From the human T2T-CHM13v2.0 reference genome, Homo sapiens, in the NCBI RefSeq assembly GCF_009914755.1, contig NC_060931.1: a DNA stretch of 64,000 nt. The stretch is one strand, 5' to 3'. Shown here one piece after another: positions 33,341 to 48,894 of the stretch (the first letter of the stretch is position 1; each line of letters opens with the position of its first letter). Position numbers and translations under genes: made by a program. The notes below the pieces were generated by a model that had not been told where the DNA came from, made no database searches, and worked only from the letters and a program-made list of their open reading frames with translations.

Positions 33341-34950
33341 TCCAAAGCAGTGTTCTGTGCACGCTGGGGGTTTTGCTTTGAAATGGTGGTGCTGTGTGCT
33401 GTTCATTCTTCATACAGTCAGGGTTCCTACTTCTGGGCAGGGAATTCAGGTGCCAGAGATAGATAAATACTTCAGGTCAGTAGCATTCATTTTATTTTCT
33501 GTGCATTATTTATTGTGTCAACATAAAGTCATCTGCAAACTGATACTTGAGAGGGCCACACCTTTCACAGCAGGCTTTCTCTAGGGAGGCTAGACTTCAC
33601 TGAAGGGAAATGAATGATGGAGTGAGTGAGTCCTCTCCTGACCAAGGTTAAGAACAAATATGAGTGCCCAGCTCAGTGCTTGAATTGGTTGTAGGTACAA
33701 TGACCCTGAGATTTGCCTGTACTCTAAGGGATGTCTGCTAGAAATATCACTGATCTATAGACAGAAGACATCTGTTCACCAACCTATTGGGAGGATGTAG
33801 TTGACATAAATAGTACCTTCTCACAAAATTTGTTTTGTGTCTGCCATGCAATAATAAACCAAATATTTATAAATTGGAAACTAGCCATTTCCATTTTTAT
33901 CAGTCAAAAGTAATAAGATTTTCTAAGTTAATCATCAGGCATTGCCCCTGGTGATTGGCATTATATCACACACCCAGCTGCCAAAAGCCATTTTCTTTGC
34001 TACTGGGAAGAAAGCTAAAATGAGTAATGTTATCCAAACTTCCCTAAATTCCAAAAAGGCTTTGGACTTGAAGCGGGACTCATTTATAAACACATCTATT
34101 TAAGCCTGGTGTTTTTGCTTGCTGTTACAGGGACTATATCATAAATGTGCATTCTTTAGATGAAAGATCCTTCTCATAGAATGACAATTCTGTTAAAAAC
34201 CCATTATATTATGTCACATGAAAAATGAAAAATTCACATTGTATATGTAACATAATAATAATGAAGGATGAAAGGGAAGAACTTCTGCTTGGAAAAATGA
34301 CTGAAAACATACAATGAATATTAAAAACTGTGAGGCTTTGAATGGATTTTTTTTCCTCTTTCCACATTTAAGGGCTTTCTACTTCTTAATCAGAACTTAT
34401 TACTAGGTCATAAACTTACGAAAACATTGAAACATTGTATTTTAGAATGTGTTTTAATTTTCCTATAGCAATTTCATTGCTTTTCACTTATGTTACAAAT
34501 GTAAAACATTTAGCATTTTATTAGAATCATTTGAAATCATGAACTTCTCAAACAAAATATTTTAATTCATTTAATTGTTAAATAAATTGCAATATGCTTG
34601 CTCTAACAGGAAAAAAACTTTTTCAAAATCTATAAATAAGAAACTACTATTAAAACAGTTTTCATTTGATATTCCCTGTGAATTAAAGTATTATTTAAGG
34701 GTATCAGAAAGGAAGTATTACATTTAACTTCCAGTCAAACCCAGTTTCTGGTTATTTTATAAAAATATCTATTAATACGAGGAATTTTATATCTTTATCT
34801 ATATATAGATATAGATACTGATAGATATATATTCATTGAGAAAGCTGCTTATAATTTGAGAATATTAGTCATGGAGTTTTCACACATTTACCGGTTTCGT
34901 ACTACCACATGTTTTCCTCCTGCCTCTCTTTTCCATCTTTAGCTTAAAAA

Positions 34951-35030
34951 AGGGAAAGAAGAGGAGGAGGAGGAGGAAGAGGAGAAGGAGGAGGAGGAAG
35001 CAGAGAAGGAGGAGGAGGAGGAGAAAAGGA
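34951..35030. repeat. (GAG)n low-complexity tract
   Basis: Direct reading. Confidence 0.9.
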
Positions 35031-35526
35031 TTTGAAGAAATTGAATCAGTTCTGGAACAGCAGACACAGGTAACCCATGCAAGTTAATCATTTGGGACAC
35101 TTTATAAATGATTGTCCACCGTTGATTGACAAGAGCCTGTGTCACTGACTGGAAAGGATAGAGGAGGGTCACTGATGAAAGAGCACCCTGCTCATTCTCC
35201 TCCAGGGCTGCTCCACTGTGGTGACCCCAGCATTCAACACCACACTCAGCATAGTGAATTTCTGTGGGACTATTAAGAATTATGGTTCTAGAAACATACT
35301 TAATAATATGAAAACATGTTCAAATTATGTCATTATGTGTGAGAAAAATTATGATACTGAGATAGATGACAAACCCTCAATGAGGTTCTCAATGATTAAG
35401 AACCATCATCTCTGTCATCAATTAATTAGCTCAAGTGTAAGTATTTTCTGATTTTTTCTTACACATTGCAAATATTTTCTGCCAAATTGTTGTTTGTGTG
35501 CATTGGGAAGTGGGATGGGGGGGTTG

Positions 35527-35644
35527 TAGAGACAGGTGTCTCACTGTGTTGCCCAGGCTGGTCTTGAGCTCCTGGACTGAAGAGATCCTCCTGCTTGGCT
35601 TCTCAAAGCGCTGGGATTACAGGTGCAAGCCACTGCACCCAGCC
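35527..35644 (-). mobile_element. FLAM
   Basis: Monomer sequence. Confidence 0.85.
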
Positions 35645-36102
35645 AAATTGTGGCTTTTTAACAACATTTTGTTTGTTTTCTTTTTTTTCCTCTTTTTTTT
35701 CCCTTTTAACAACATTTTTAATGATACCTTTTGTCATTGCTTAATATTTTGCTTTTATCTAATTAAGTTGCTCAATCTTTTCTTTTTCTAACTCTGGGTT
35801 TCGTGTTGAAGGAATTCAGGACATGCTACCCCAAAATGTGAAAACTTGGCATTTGAGAAGACAGCAGAAGCAGGAAGGTCACGCTCACTACCTCCCCCAC
35901 AATGCTCTACTCCCCTGAAACAGATCATAAAACCTAGGAAGGATTTCCTGACCATCCCCTCAAGTAGGTCTTATGACCCTCATGTGAGAGGTGCCCTCCC
36001 TATACCCAGAAGATAGCAACATCCTCATTTCTGAAGATACAAGGACAAAGAGAAGAGTTTGAACAAACGGCTTCCTAAGTTCTCCCCAGTTTATTAACAT
36101 TA

Positions 36103-36676
36103 TGTTACAGTCTCACCAACGCACCGCAATGTAGCAGTCTCTCGTTTGAGGTATCACCCTGAGTTCTCGGTCTCACAACCATGACAATTAAGGAACATGA
36201 TCACCAAGGGTGAGGTTGGAGTGGAAGTTTAATAAGCAAAAGAAGAAAGTTCTCCACCACAGAAAGGGGCCCAAAAGAGGGTTGCCATTTTTACAGTTGA
36301 ATGCAAAGGCTTTTATAAGAAACCAGTTAGAGCTGGGCATCTCATTTGCATGAGATGCGAATTTCTGGTAGCTCCACCCCATCCTCCTAATGCACATGTA
36401 GGCCCTTAGCTTGAGTTACTCCGTATTGCTTTGTTGCCCTTACTGCACATGTGTCAGGGGATGGAATTTTCCATTACGGGCATGTCTGGGCAAGTCACCT
36501 GTGTAGGCTTTCTTATCTGTGTGGCTGTGGGCATGTCTTAGGCAAGTGCCGCTGTGCAAGTTCCCTTATCTGTGCCTGCAGCTTGATTTTTCTGGCTGTT
36601 CTTTTGTTTGAAAAGATTCAACCAAGGACCCACCATAACTGCCTGCCTGACTGGTTTCTTCCTCCTTCCTCTCTCA
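36103..36676 (-). mobile_element. MER61-like ERV1 solo LTR
   Basis: Minus strand starts tgagagaggaaggaggaagaaaccagtcaggcaggcagtta; TG...CA ends; carries the p53 half-site array known for MER61. Confidence 0.8.
36478..36549. promoter_or_regulatory. Two p53 response elements
   Basis: GGGCATGTCT-GGGCAAGTCA (36478-36497, no spacer, 19/20 to RRRCWWGYYY x2) and GGGCATGTCT-t-AGGCAAGTGC (36529-36549). Confidence 0.75.
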
Positions 36677-37102
36677 ATGATATCATTCTCCCTTTGTTCA
36701 ATCATATTTCTTCATCAAACCTAGCATAAAGAATATACAAATTTATGCATTTGGGGGAGGTCTTCCTTTCCTTATGAAGGCTTCCATACCACGTATAAAT
36801 AATATGTGTATGATTTTCTCTTGTGAATCTGTATTTTGTTATAGGGGCCTCAGCCATGAACCTAGAGATTAGTGAGCAAAAATTATTTTTTTCTCAAGTG
36901 TTTCTTGCTTGAGATGATTTTCTTATCCCCAAGATTAAAATATTATGTGTTTCTTCCATGATTTTTATGGTGTTTATATCTATTTCTTTAATCTTTCTAG
37001 AATGTACTTTTGTACATGCTGAAAGGTAGAATTAATTTTGCAAAAAGGAAAAAGCTACTTGCTACTTTTACTATAATTATAATTATATAATTATTATTAA
37101 GG

Positions 37103-37382
<280 letters not shown>

Positions 37383-37516
37383 TAGCTGGTGCAAAGAAGG
37401 AATAATTTGAAAAAGAAGAAATAATTTTAATGCACATGCAAGTAATATACGTATTCATCTAGTTACTTGCATGCATTTGTGGCCAAAAGCCATGAATCAT
37501 ATAAAGAAGTAGCTGC

Positions 37517-37813
37517 AGCCAGGCACGGTAGCTCATGCCTGTAATCCTAGCACTTTGGGAGGCCAAGGGCGGGGGAGGGGGTGGATTACCTGAGGTCAGG
37601 AGTTCGAGACCAGCCTGGCCAACATGGTGAAACCCTGTCTTTACTAAAAATACAAACATTAGCTGGTCATGGTGGTGGGTGCCTATAATCCCAGCTACTT
37701 GGGAGGCTGAGGAGAATTGCTTGAACCCAGCAGATGGAGGTTGCAGTGAGCTGAGATTGTGCCACTTTACTCCAGCCTGGGTGAAACAGCAAAACTCCAT
37801 CTCAAAAAAAAAA
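37517..37813 (+). mobile_element. AluS
   Basis: TSD aagtagct. Confidence 0.94.
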
Positions 37814-38188
37814 GTAGCTTCAATGCTGTTTTCAAGATACTTAAGCCAATTTGGTCATACACCCTTATTAGTTGCTTTATGATTAGCTCTCCAAAGCTTC
37901 CAGTAATTAGAATTTGGTGACAACCATAGAGACTTCAATTCCAAATGGTATGTTATAATGAAAGCAAATTTCAGACCTCATTCAGCCATGGGTATAAATA
38001 TGTATTAGCAATCAGGCCCTCCAAATAGTCATACTACCCGTTTTATAAGCTTGATGAAGTCTTAGCTCTCTGACCTTTCAGTGTTCCCACAGAACCTTAT
38101 GAGCGTCAGAGACAGGAGGACCATGTTCCAGCTTTGGAGCAGGATTAACTAACTCTCAAATGAGAGTCAGGTGAAAAATTCTCTCACT

Positions 38189-38260
38189 ACAGTCTAGAAT
38201 TTCAAGCCTGGAGAGATAATTCAAACAGTCTAGAATTTCAAGCCTGGAGACATAATTCAA
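38189..38260. repeat. 36-bp tandem duplication with 1 mismatch
   Basis: acagtctagaatttcaagcctggaga(g/c)ataattcaa x2. Confidence 0.95.
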
Positions 38261-38486
38261 AATGAATAGACAGGCTAGCTGGACTTTTACACCTCATTTA
38301 TGCAAAGGCAAGAGTATCCATAAGACATTTTTATCCAATCCACATAAAATTGAATTCATTTTACCAGTAAAAAATCATTTCTAACATCCCTTATGCTAAT
38401 TAACAAACCCCCTGGGATTGATATGAGATAAAGACGACTGGAGCCATAATCTAATCCTTCTGGAATGTGGCTTCTGAATGGAGAAT

Positions 38487-38792
38487 TTCTTTTTTTGTGT
38501 GTGAGATGAAGCCTCACTTTGTTGCTGAGGCTGGAGTGCAGTGGCACGATCCCGGCTCACTGCAACCTCTGCCTCCCAGTTTCAAGCGATTCTCCTGCTT
38601 TAGCCCCCACCAAGTAGCTGAAATTACAGACATGAACCCAATGCCTAGCTAATTCTTTTTTTGAATTTTTAGTAGAGACGGGGTTTTGCCATGTTGGCCA
38701 GGCTGGTCTCGAACTCCCGACTTCAAGTGATCCACACCCACCTTGGCCTCACAAAGTCCCGGGATTACCTGCGTGAGCCACCAAGCCAAGCC
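38487..38792 (-). mobile_element. AluS
   Basis: Dimeric Alu. Confidence 0.93.
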
Positions 38793-38842
38793 TGAACTGA
38801 CAATTTCAAATATTAACCTACCATCCAGGAGTATATTTTTCC

Positions 38843-39386
38843 TGAGAGAGTTCAGAAATATCACCCCAAAATATGCAGCATTGGTATGCTGATTACTTCA
38901 AACTGAAGTCATTTGGGAAATGCCAAACGCACAGAGGGGCTTTTCCTGAATTTCCCTTATCTGACTAAGTGCAGATTCTCCAGAAGGAAGCCAATTGTCA
39001 AGAAATGCTTCCTGGGGATTTTTATCTATCCGTGAAGATTAACACACAACAGAAGTCAAACCTAGAAAAAGCTGGAGGTTAGCACCTCCTACAGACAGGA
39101 TATAACCTATTCTTCTGAAGGCTGATTCGTATTTTTCATAATCATTTACTCTCCCTAGGTTGCCTACATACTCCCCTTCCCTCTCTCCTATGAAGGGAAT
39201 ATAAAAGCTTTTAGGTCTCATTGAGTTATTGGGTAGTTTCTTAACTTCCATGTGATGCCTTTCTGCATGTTAATAAAATGTATATATATATTTTTTTCTC
39301 CTTTTAATCTGTCTATTGCCAGCTTATTTCCCCAGACTTTCAGCCTCAAATCTTCAGAATGGAGGAGAGGACTTCCTTCACCCATA
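38843..39386 (+). mobile_element. LTR37-like ERV1 solo LTR
   Basis: tgagagagttcagaaatatcaccccaaaatatg...; tataaaag and aataaa. Confidence 0.6.
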
Positions 39387-39397
39387 TATCCAAATTA

Positions 39398-40091
39398 TGT
39401 AACTCCCTGATGGGTTCTCCTTGCCTGCTGCACACACAAAATCAACTCTCTGAGACCATGCCATTGCAGTAAAGAAAAGAGTTTGATTGACACAAGGCTG
39501 GCCACACCACACAGGAGACTGTTATCACTCAACTCAATCTCCCCAAAGGCTCAAAGATTAGGGTTTTTCCCAGGATCTTTTGATGAGCAGGGGCCTAAGG
39601 TAGGGGCATACTGATTGGTTGGGTCAGAGATGAAATCATAGGGAATCAAAGCTGCCCTCTTATGGTGGGTAAGTTCCTGGGTTGGGGCCACAGGACTGGT
39701 TGGCAGGTCCAGGTGGGGCCATCCATTGTCAGAAATGCAAAAACCTGAAAAGACATCTCAAAAGGCCAGTCTTAGTTTCTACAATAGTGATGTTGTCTGC
39801 AAGAGTAATTGGGGAAGTTGCAAATCTTACGACCTCCATAATAATGGCTGGTAATTATTTAGAATTTAAGCCCCTCTCATCCTCCTAACTTCATGGCCTT
39901 TCATTAGTTTTACAAGAATCGTTTAGTTTTGGGGGAAGGTTATTATCATTTAAACTATAAACTAAGTTTCTCCCAAAGTTATCTTGGCCCACACCCACGA
40001 ATGAGCAAAGCCAGCCAGCCTGTGAGGCTAGAAGCAAGATGCAGTCAGCCACGTCCAATTTCTCTGTCATACTTTTGCAAAGCCAGTTTCA
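39398..40091 (-). mobile_element. LTR8A/LTR8B-like solo LTR
   Basis: Minus strand starts tgaaactggctttgcaaaagtatgac; related to the LTR8 at 61923. Confidence 0.82.
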
Positions 40092-40326
40092 GTCAGGGCT
40101 CTTCAAATGCCCAACTAACTATTCCTAAGTAAAGAATGAAAGCAACTAGAACACATCACACCACACTATCCATGCTGAAGCATTTTAAAGTAAACGTAAA
40201 GATAATCTAATGTACAGACACCTTCATTTTTCCCATGGTGATTTCTCTGGGATATTGTTTTGTATTTCCCTGTCTGACTTGTGGCAACATCTGTATTTCT
40301 GTAATTATAAAAGGTAAGACTCACTA

Positions 40327-40827
<501 letters not shown>

Positions 40828-42688
40828 CTAAAGGAAAAGACCTCTCCTGTTCTTTCTCCCAGGAGGAAAAATTACTAGTCATCTTCCCAAATGTAGCACC
40901 CTTAGATTGCATTCCCATAAAGATTTCTCTCTAGCTTCTGTATTTTCTCACCCTGTTGACCTTAATCAGTAACAAAGGCTTTTATAATACTACTACTGCA
41001 TTGCCCCCGACCTCAAGTTTAGAAACTCCTTAGCTCCCTTGCCTCTGGGCAGGTCTGTCTATTGCATTGCACAAAAGAAGAAGAAAGAAAGAGTAGAGAA
41101 AGGAATGTCTAGCCCTAAGCTTTCTTTTGCATTTGTATGCTTGGTGGCCTCGGAATCCCCCAAAGCAGTCAAAGGTAAATAATCCTTTGGTCTTTTCTTC
41201 CTTTGTTCTCTGAACTGAGACTTTACTCCCGAGGAGATTTTCTTCTCAGATTAGACTTGGAGAGGTCTTTTTTTTTCTCCTTTGCTTAGATGATTTGAAC
41301 TGATAATTTGCATCTACAAAGGCAACTGAGAAATACTGAATGACTAACACTCCCACAGAAGACTCTGTGGAGGCGCTCCATTCTGTAATCTTTCCTCTGC
41401 TCCAGGAGACCTCCAAAGTAAATGGAAACCAAAAAGCAACATTTTCAGGGCCAAGTTTATTTTAATATTGTCTCTGGATACTTCTCTTTACAATCAATCA
41501 GGTTTTAAGTCACCAACCTTAAAACCAGCACTCCTCTCCTCTGGTTTAAAAAAAAAAATCAGATAATTTTAACAAAAATAAACAAACAAGACATAGGATT
41601 TTAAAAAAATTAACTCCCTATTACAAACAAAAGAAGGGCAATGTAGTAAAGGCTCAAGCGAAAATCTCAGCCCAGCCCACCCCACCCCTAATAGAGTTCC
41701 TCCATAAAGCATAGATTTTTTTTTGTAGCAAAATATATATGCACTTTATTCTCAGTGAGGTAAAGGAAAGCATTACTTTTCTTTGTTAAACCAGAATAGA
41801 CTTTCCTAAGAGAAATAATACGACAAAACTCACTGCAACTGAAATAAAACATATAAAATGAAGAGATGACAAAGATGAAAGGAAAGCAAGCATTACCAAG
41901 GAAATCAGAACAAATGGAACAGAAGCAAAATCAAAGTTATCATACCCCCGCCAAAAAGAAATCCTATCAAAAGAAAACAGATAATGGATTGTGAAAGATC
42001 ACCATACTGTGGGGGAGGGGGACGTGAACAAAGAACAGTGCTCACACATACCTTGGGAATAGTTTTAAATTCCAAACACAAAGGCAGCAGGGACCCTGCA
42101 GATGTGAATAAGCCAGCAGCTTTCTATTGAAGAATTTATGAGGTTCTCTTAGACCCTTCATCTAGCACCTAATAACAGTGCCACCTTTGCCTGAAAACTA
42201 TCCTGCCTCCCTCAAGCATAGCCATCAAACACATCATAAAAGGAGAGCTTCAGGCTTCAGGAAACACCAGATAATGACAGAATTCTGTGAAAATCAGAAA
42301 GTATTAGCTTTGATTTCGTCAGGCTGACAGTACCGATAGACATGTAAGTTACACTTGTATTTAATAAGAAGCTTGATGAAATTCAAAATACTGAGCTGGC
42401 CATTCTCTTTCTCAGTGCAATTGAGAGTCGGCTAGAGAACATTTGCCTTCTGGTGATAATTATGTCGTTAAAAAAGAATCAGGCAAGACAAAAATGTTTC
42501 CAATTGAACATATATGTTTGCCACTGTTCATCTACAAATTTCACTAAGAATAATAGTAAAGTAGTAGGACTCATAAGCCCAAATGGCCAAAGAGAATAGG
42601 AGTGCGGAGGACAAAAGGCATCAACCCAAAACTGGGAGCTGGAATGAAGAGGAAAGATTGGCAACTGGTGTAACAGACCAGAGAGCAC

Positions 42689-43528
<840 letters not shown>

Positions 43529-44001
43529 GTTCTGAAATCAAAGTGCCTAAAAGGAGTCCACCCGGATATGTGGAAGCAAGAGGGAGTTAATGACAATGGA
43601 TTCACAATGCTGAAGCTCGAAAATTCTGGGAATTTGAGGCCCCAAGACACCCCATAGGTGGGGTACAGGTGGGTCAAAAAACAGGAGAATTGCTAGAATC
43701 TGTTTGTAAAGTAATGGGATGAAGCAGGAAGGCCATAGCCAAAACAGTGATGACTCCTGTGTACAGAGCTGGCCTGCATGGGAGCCGCTGCATAGCCATG
43801 GCTCAGAGCTACCTGGCAGAGAGTGACTCAGAGATGGAAAGAGCCCCAAACTCCTATTCTGAGTCACCTGAAGATGGCGGAACTTGGAAAGCCACCCTTA
43901 GACCACAGCTGAGCCTGAGTCCTGCATAGGGGTGACCCCAAAATGAAATCAATAGGAAGATATTATGGCCAGAAACATGCAGGCCTGTCAGATTTTCATT
44001 C

Positions 44002-45176
<1,175 letters not shown>

Positions 45177-45781
45177 AATATGTAAAGAGTTTGGAAGTCA
45201 TCACTCCCATCCTTACAACAAGAAAAGATGCTGTACAGACTAAATTTCAGCAATTCTTCTCAGAACCATCAGAGAACTTAGGTCACAGAGCAAACTCCCA
45301 CATCAAAAGCTGGAGAGACAGGTGAATCACAGCTTACTAGGAGCAGAAGCTGACAGAGATGAAGCCTGTGGGAACATTTAAACTGTAACTGACTAAGTGC
45401 TGGAGGTTGAGTGTGGACCAGCCTGCGAGTTAAAAACTATTATGGGCTCAATCTCAGGCACACCGTCCCACCCCCCTGCCCTCCCGCCCCTGATACTTTC
45501 ATGAGTTTTCCTCCGGAAGTCCCATTAGGTTCTTACAATGAAGAACACAGGAAAATCTCCTCATGTGTAGGGCAGGTGGAGAGAAGAAGTAACCACTTTG
45601 AAATAAGCCCAGAAACTTCTGTTCTCCATAACAAAATGCTTCTCTCAAAAGAAACTACTTTGTTAAAGCCTTATCTGATCTTGTGGAAGGACAATAAGCA
45701 ATTAAGCCACTTTTAGCTTCCTATCTCATATAAAGGGAGGGAAAAAAGCTAAAACTCTTCCCAAAGTCACAAGCCAGGGAC

Positions 45782-45846
45782 AAAGAGAGAGAAAAAGAAA
45801 GAAAGAGAGAAAGAAAAGAAAGGAGGAAAGAAAAGAGGAAAGAAAG

Positions 45847-45888
<42 letters not shown>

Positions 45889-46081
45889 GGAAAGAGACAA
45901 AGGAAAGAAAGAAAGAGAAAGAAAAGAAACAAAGAAAAAAGAGGAAAGGAAAAGGAAAGGAAAGGAAGAAAGAAAGAGGAAAGGAAAAGAAAGGAAGAAA
46001 GAGAGAGGAAAGGACGAAAGAAAGAGGAAAGGAAGAAAGAAAGAGGAAAGGAAAGGAAAGGAAGAAAGAAAGAGGAAAGGA

Positions 46082-46141
<60 letters not shown>

Positions 46142-46150
46142 AAAGGAAGG
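45782..46150. repeat. ~370-bp complex (GAAA/GGAAA)n polypurine tract
   Basis: Direct reading; only a few C residues. Confidence 0.95.
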
Positions 46151-46644
46151 CTGAATCATGATTATACAATGCTGCTTCTCCATAATACCTTACCACCACA
46201 TCAATAGGGTTCCAGTATAGTAACAGTAGATTATAACAGAGATATAAAAGACACAAGCTCTATTAAAGAAGGAGACTCTAGGGAAACCCAAAGGCAACAG
46301 GAAAGACAAAAACAAGAACACTAGAGAAACTGAAGTCTCTGACACTTTATAACTACAGCAAACATTAAACACAGCCTAGCCAGATAAACATAAAGCCTCA
46401 AACTAAAGGCCCATTTACTTCAGCTCCTATTACCCAATACGTTATGTTCAGCATTCAACAAAAAAATTACAAAGCAGAAAAAAAGGCAAGAAAGCTTACA
46501 GTTTGAATAGGCAAAGCAAGCATTAGAACCAGACTCAGACATGGCAGAGATTTGGGTATTCTCAGGCAGATATTTTAAATAATTATGATTAATATGCTAA
46601 GTGCTCTAAAGGAAAACGTGAACTACATGCAAAAACAGATGAGT

Positions 46645-46718
46645 AACTAATTGATCGCAACCAGTTACAGATTTCTTTGTTCCTTCTCCATTCCTACTGC
46701 TTTATTTGACTACCATTT
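46645..46718 (+). pseudogene. Y3 RNA (RNY3) retropseudogene, 5'-truncated
   Basis: aactaattgatcgcaaccagttacagatttctttgttccttctccattcctactgctttatttgacta matches the 3' part of hY3; A-tail follows; TSD aaaacagatg(a/g)gtaa at 46632-46646 and 47652-47666. Confidence 0.92.
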
Positions 46719-46766
46719 AAAAAATAATAATTAAAAAAACCAGACGGATGAGAAGAAAAGAAAGGA

Positions 46767-46900
46767 AGCTGGGTGTGGTAGCTCACACCTGTAATCTAAG
46801 CACTTTGGAGGTCGAGGCAGGAGGATCACTTGAGGCCAGCAGTTTGAGAACTAGCCTGAGCAACAGAGTGAGACTGTCTCTACAAACAATTAAAACAAAA
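46767..46900 (+). mobile_element. FLAM
   Basis: Monomer sequence. Confidence 0.85.
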
Positions 46901-46998
46901 ATTTTTCAAGTAAAAAGGAACGAAGAAAGAGATGGAGAAAAGGAGAAAGGAAGGAAGAAGAGAGAAAGAAAGGGAGAAAGAAAATAAAGAAAATTCAA

Positions 46999-47298
46999 GG
47001 CCAGGTAAGGTGGCTCATACCTGTAATCACAACATTTTGGGAGACTGAGGCAGGTGGATGGCTTGAGCTCAGGAGTTTGAGATCAGCCTGGGAAACATGG
47101 TGAAACTCTGTCTCTACCAAAAATTAAAAAAAATTTGCCAGGCATAGTGGTGCACGCCTGTAGTCCCAGCTACTTGGGGGAGGCTGAGGCAGGAGTATTG
47201 CTTCAACTTGGGAGGTCAAGGCTATAGTGATCTGAGATGGCACTACTGCGCTCCAGCCTGGGTGACAAAGTGAGACGTGTCTCAATAAATAAATAAGT
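46999..47298 (+). mobile_element. AluJ
   Basis: TSD aagaaaattcaa. Confidence 0.93.
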
Positions 47299-47310
47299 AA
47301 GAAAATTCAA

Positions 47311-47622
<312 letters not shown>

Positions 47623-47735
47623 AAGAAAATTCAATTTGGGAAAAACAAACGAAAACAGATGGGTAAAGTAGGCAGAAAGATGAAAACCCTAAGAAAGAAT
47701 CAAAAGGAAATGTTAGAAATAAAAAAAACACTGTA

Positions 47736-47859
47736 ATCTTTTTGTAATTCCTAAGCATGATGGTTGATTCGGCTCTCACACTTGATGATTGGGCTTTCAC
47801 TTGGATCTGTGAGATGTGCCTCCCTCAACCCTTCCTGCGAAGTCAGCACATTACCTGAC
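47736..47859 (+). pseudogene. U13 snoRNA (SNORD13) retropseudogene with an internal duplication
   Basis: atctttttgtaattcctaagcatgatg...tgatgattggg...tgtgagatgtgcc...gcacattacctgac resembles SNORD13; box C TGATGA 47783-47788; box D CTGA 47855-47858; A-rich tail; TSD aaaaca(c/t)tgtaa at 47725-47736 and 47886-47897. Confidence 0.88.
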
Positions 47860-48091
47860 AGAAATGAAAAGGGAAAAATAAATATAAAACATTGTAACAA
47901 ACATGAAGAATGCTTTTGATGGGTTCGTAGTTGGACTGTTCACAGCCGAAGAATCAATGAGGTTGAAGATACTGATACAACCTTCCAAAACTGCAATGCA
48001 AAGAGTGAAATAAATAAATAGATAAAACCCCAAATATTCAAGAACTGTGGGACAATTACAAAAGGTGTAACACGGGAAATGGGAACACTAG

Positions 48092-48422
<331 letters not shown>

Positions 48423-48633
48423 TAAAAGAAAAATCTAAAGTACTAATGGCTGAGAAATGTCTGGAATTAATGATAGACACCAAGCCACAGAGAACACCAA
48501 GCAAGATAAGTAGCAAAAATCTGTACCTGCAGGAAACAAGACAACTAAAAAAGCCAAAGGAAAACAATTCCTTACCTATAGAGGAACAAGGATAAAGATT
48601 ATGTTAGACTTTCTTTCAGAAACCACAAAAGCA

Positions 48634-48792
48634 AGGCCGGGTATGGTGGCACACGCCTGTAGTTCCATCTACTCCGGACGTTGAGGCAGGAGGATTGCTT
48701 GGATCATTTAAGTCCAAGAGTTCAAGGCTGTAGTGAGCTATGACTGCATCACTGCACTCCAGTCTGGGCAACAGAATGAAACCTTGTCTCCA
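48634..48792 (+). mobile_element. FRAM / Alu right monomer followed by a GA-rich tail
   Basis: Monomer sequence. Confidence 0.82.
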
Positions 48793-48894
48793 AATTGAAG
48801 AAGAGAGAGAAGAGAAGAAGAGAAGAGGGGAGGAAAGGAGAGGAGAGGAGAAGAGAAGAGAAGGGAGGAGAAGAGTAGCGAAGAGAAACCACAT

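Larger units (their letters stand above)
35804..36896 (+). mobile_element. Old ERV1 solo LTR (MER90/MER92/LTR37-type), split by a MER61-like LTR
   Basis: gaaggaattcaggacatgctaccccaaaat...; 3' part ttttctcttgtgaatctgtattttgttataggggcctcagccatgaacctag. Confidence 0.65.

Noticed and set aside
34943-35035. Poly-Glu coding exon (LKKGKEEEE...)
   Set aside because: That frame hits TGA before the donor; only the Arg-rich frame is open, and it is reported as speculative.
45726-46256. Phe/Leu/Ser-rich ORFs (also 49076-49395) as membrane proteins
   Set aside because: They are translations of (TTTC)n simple repeats.
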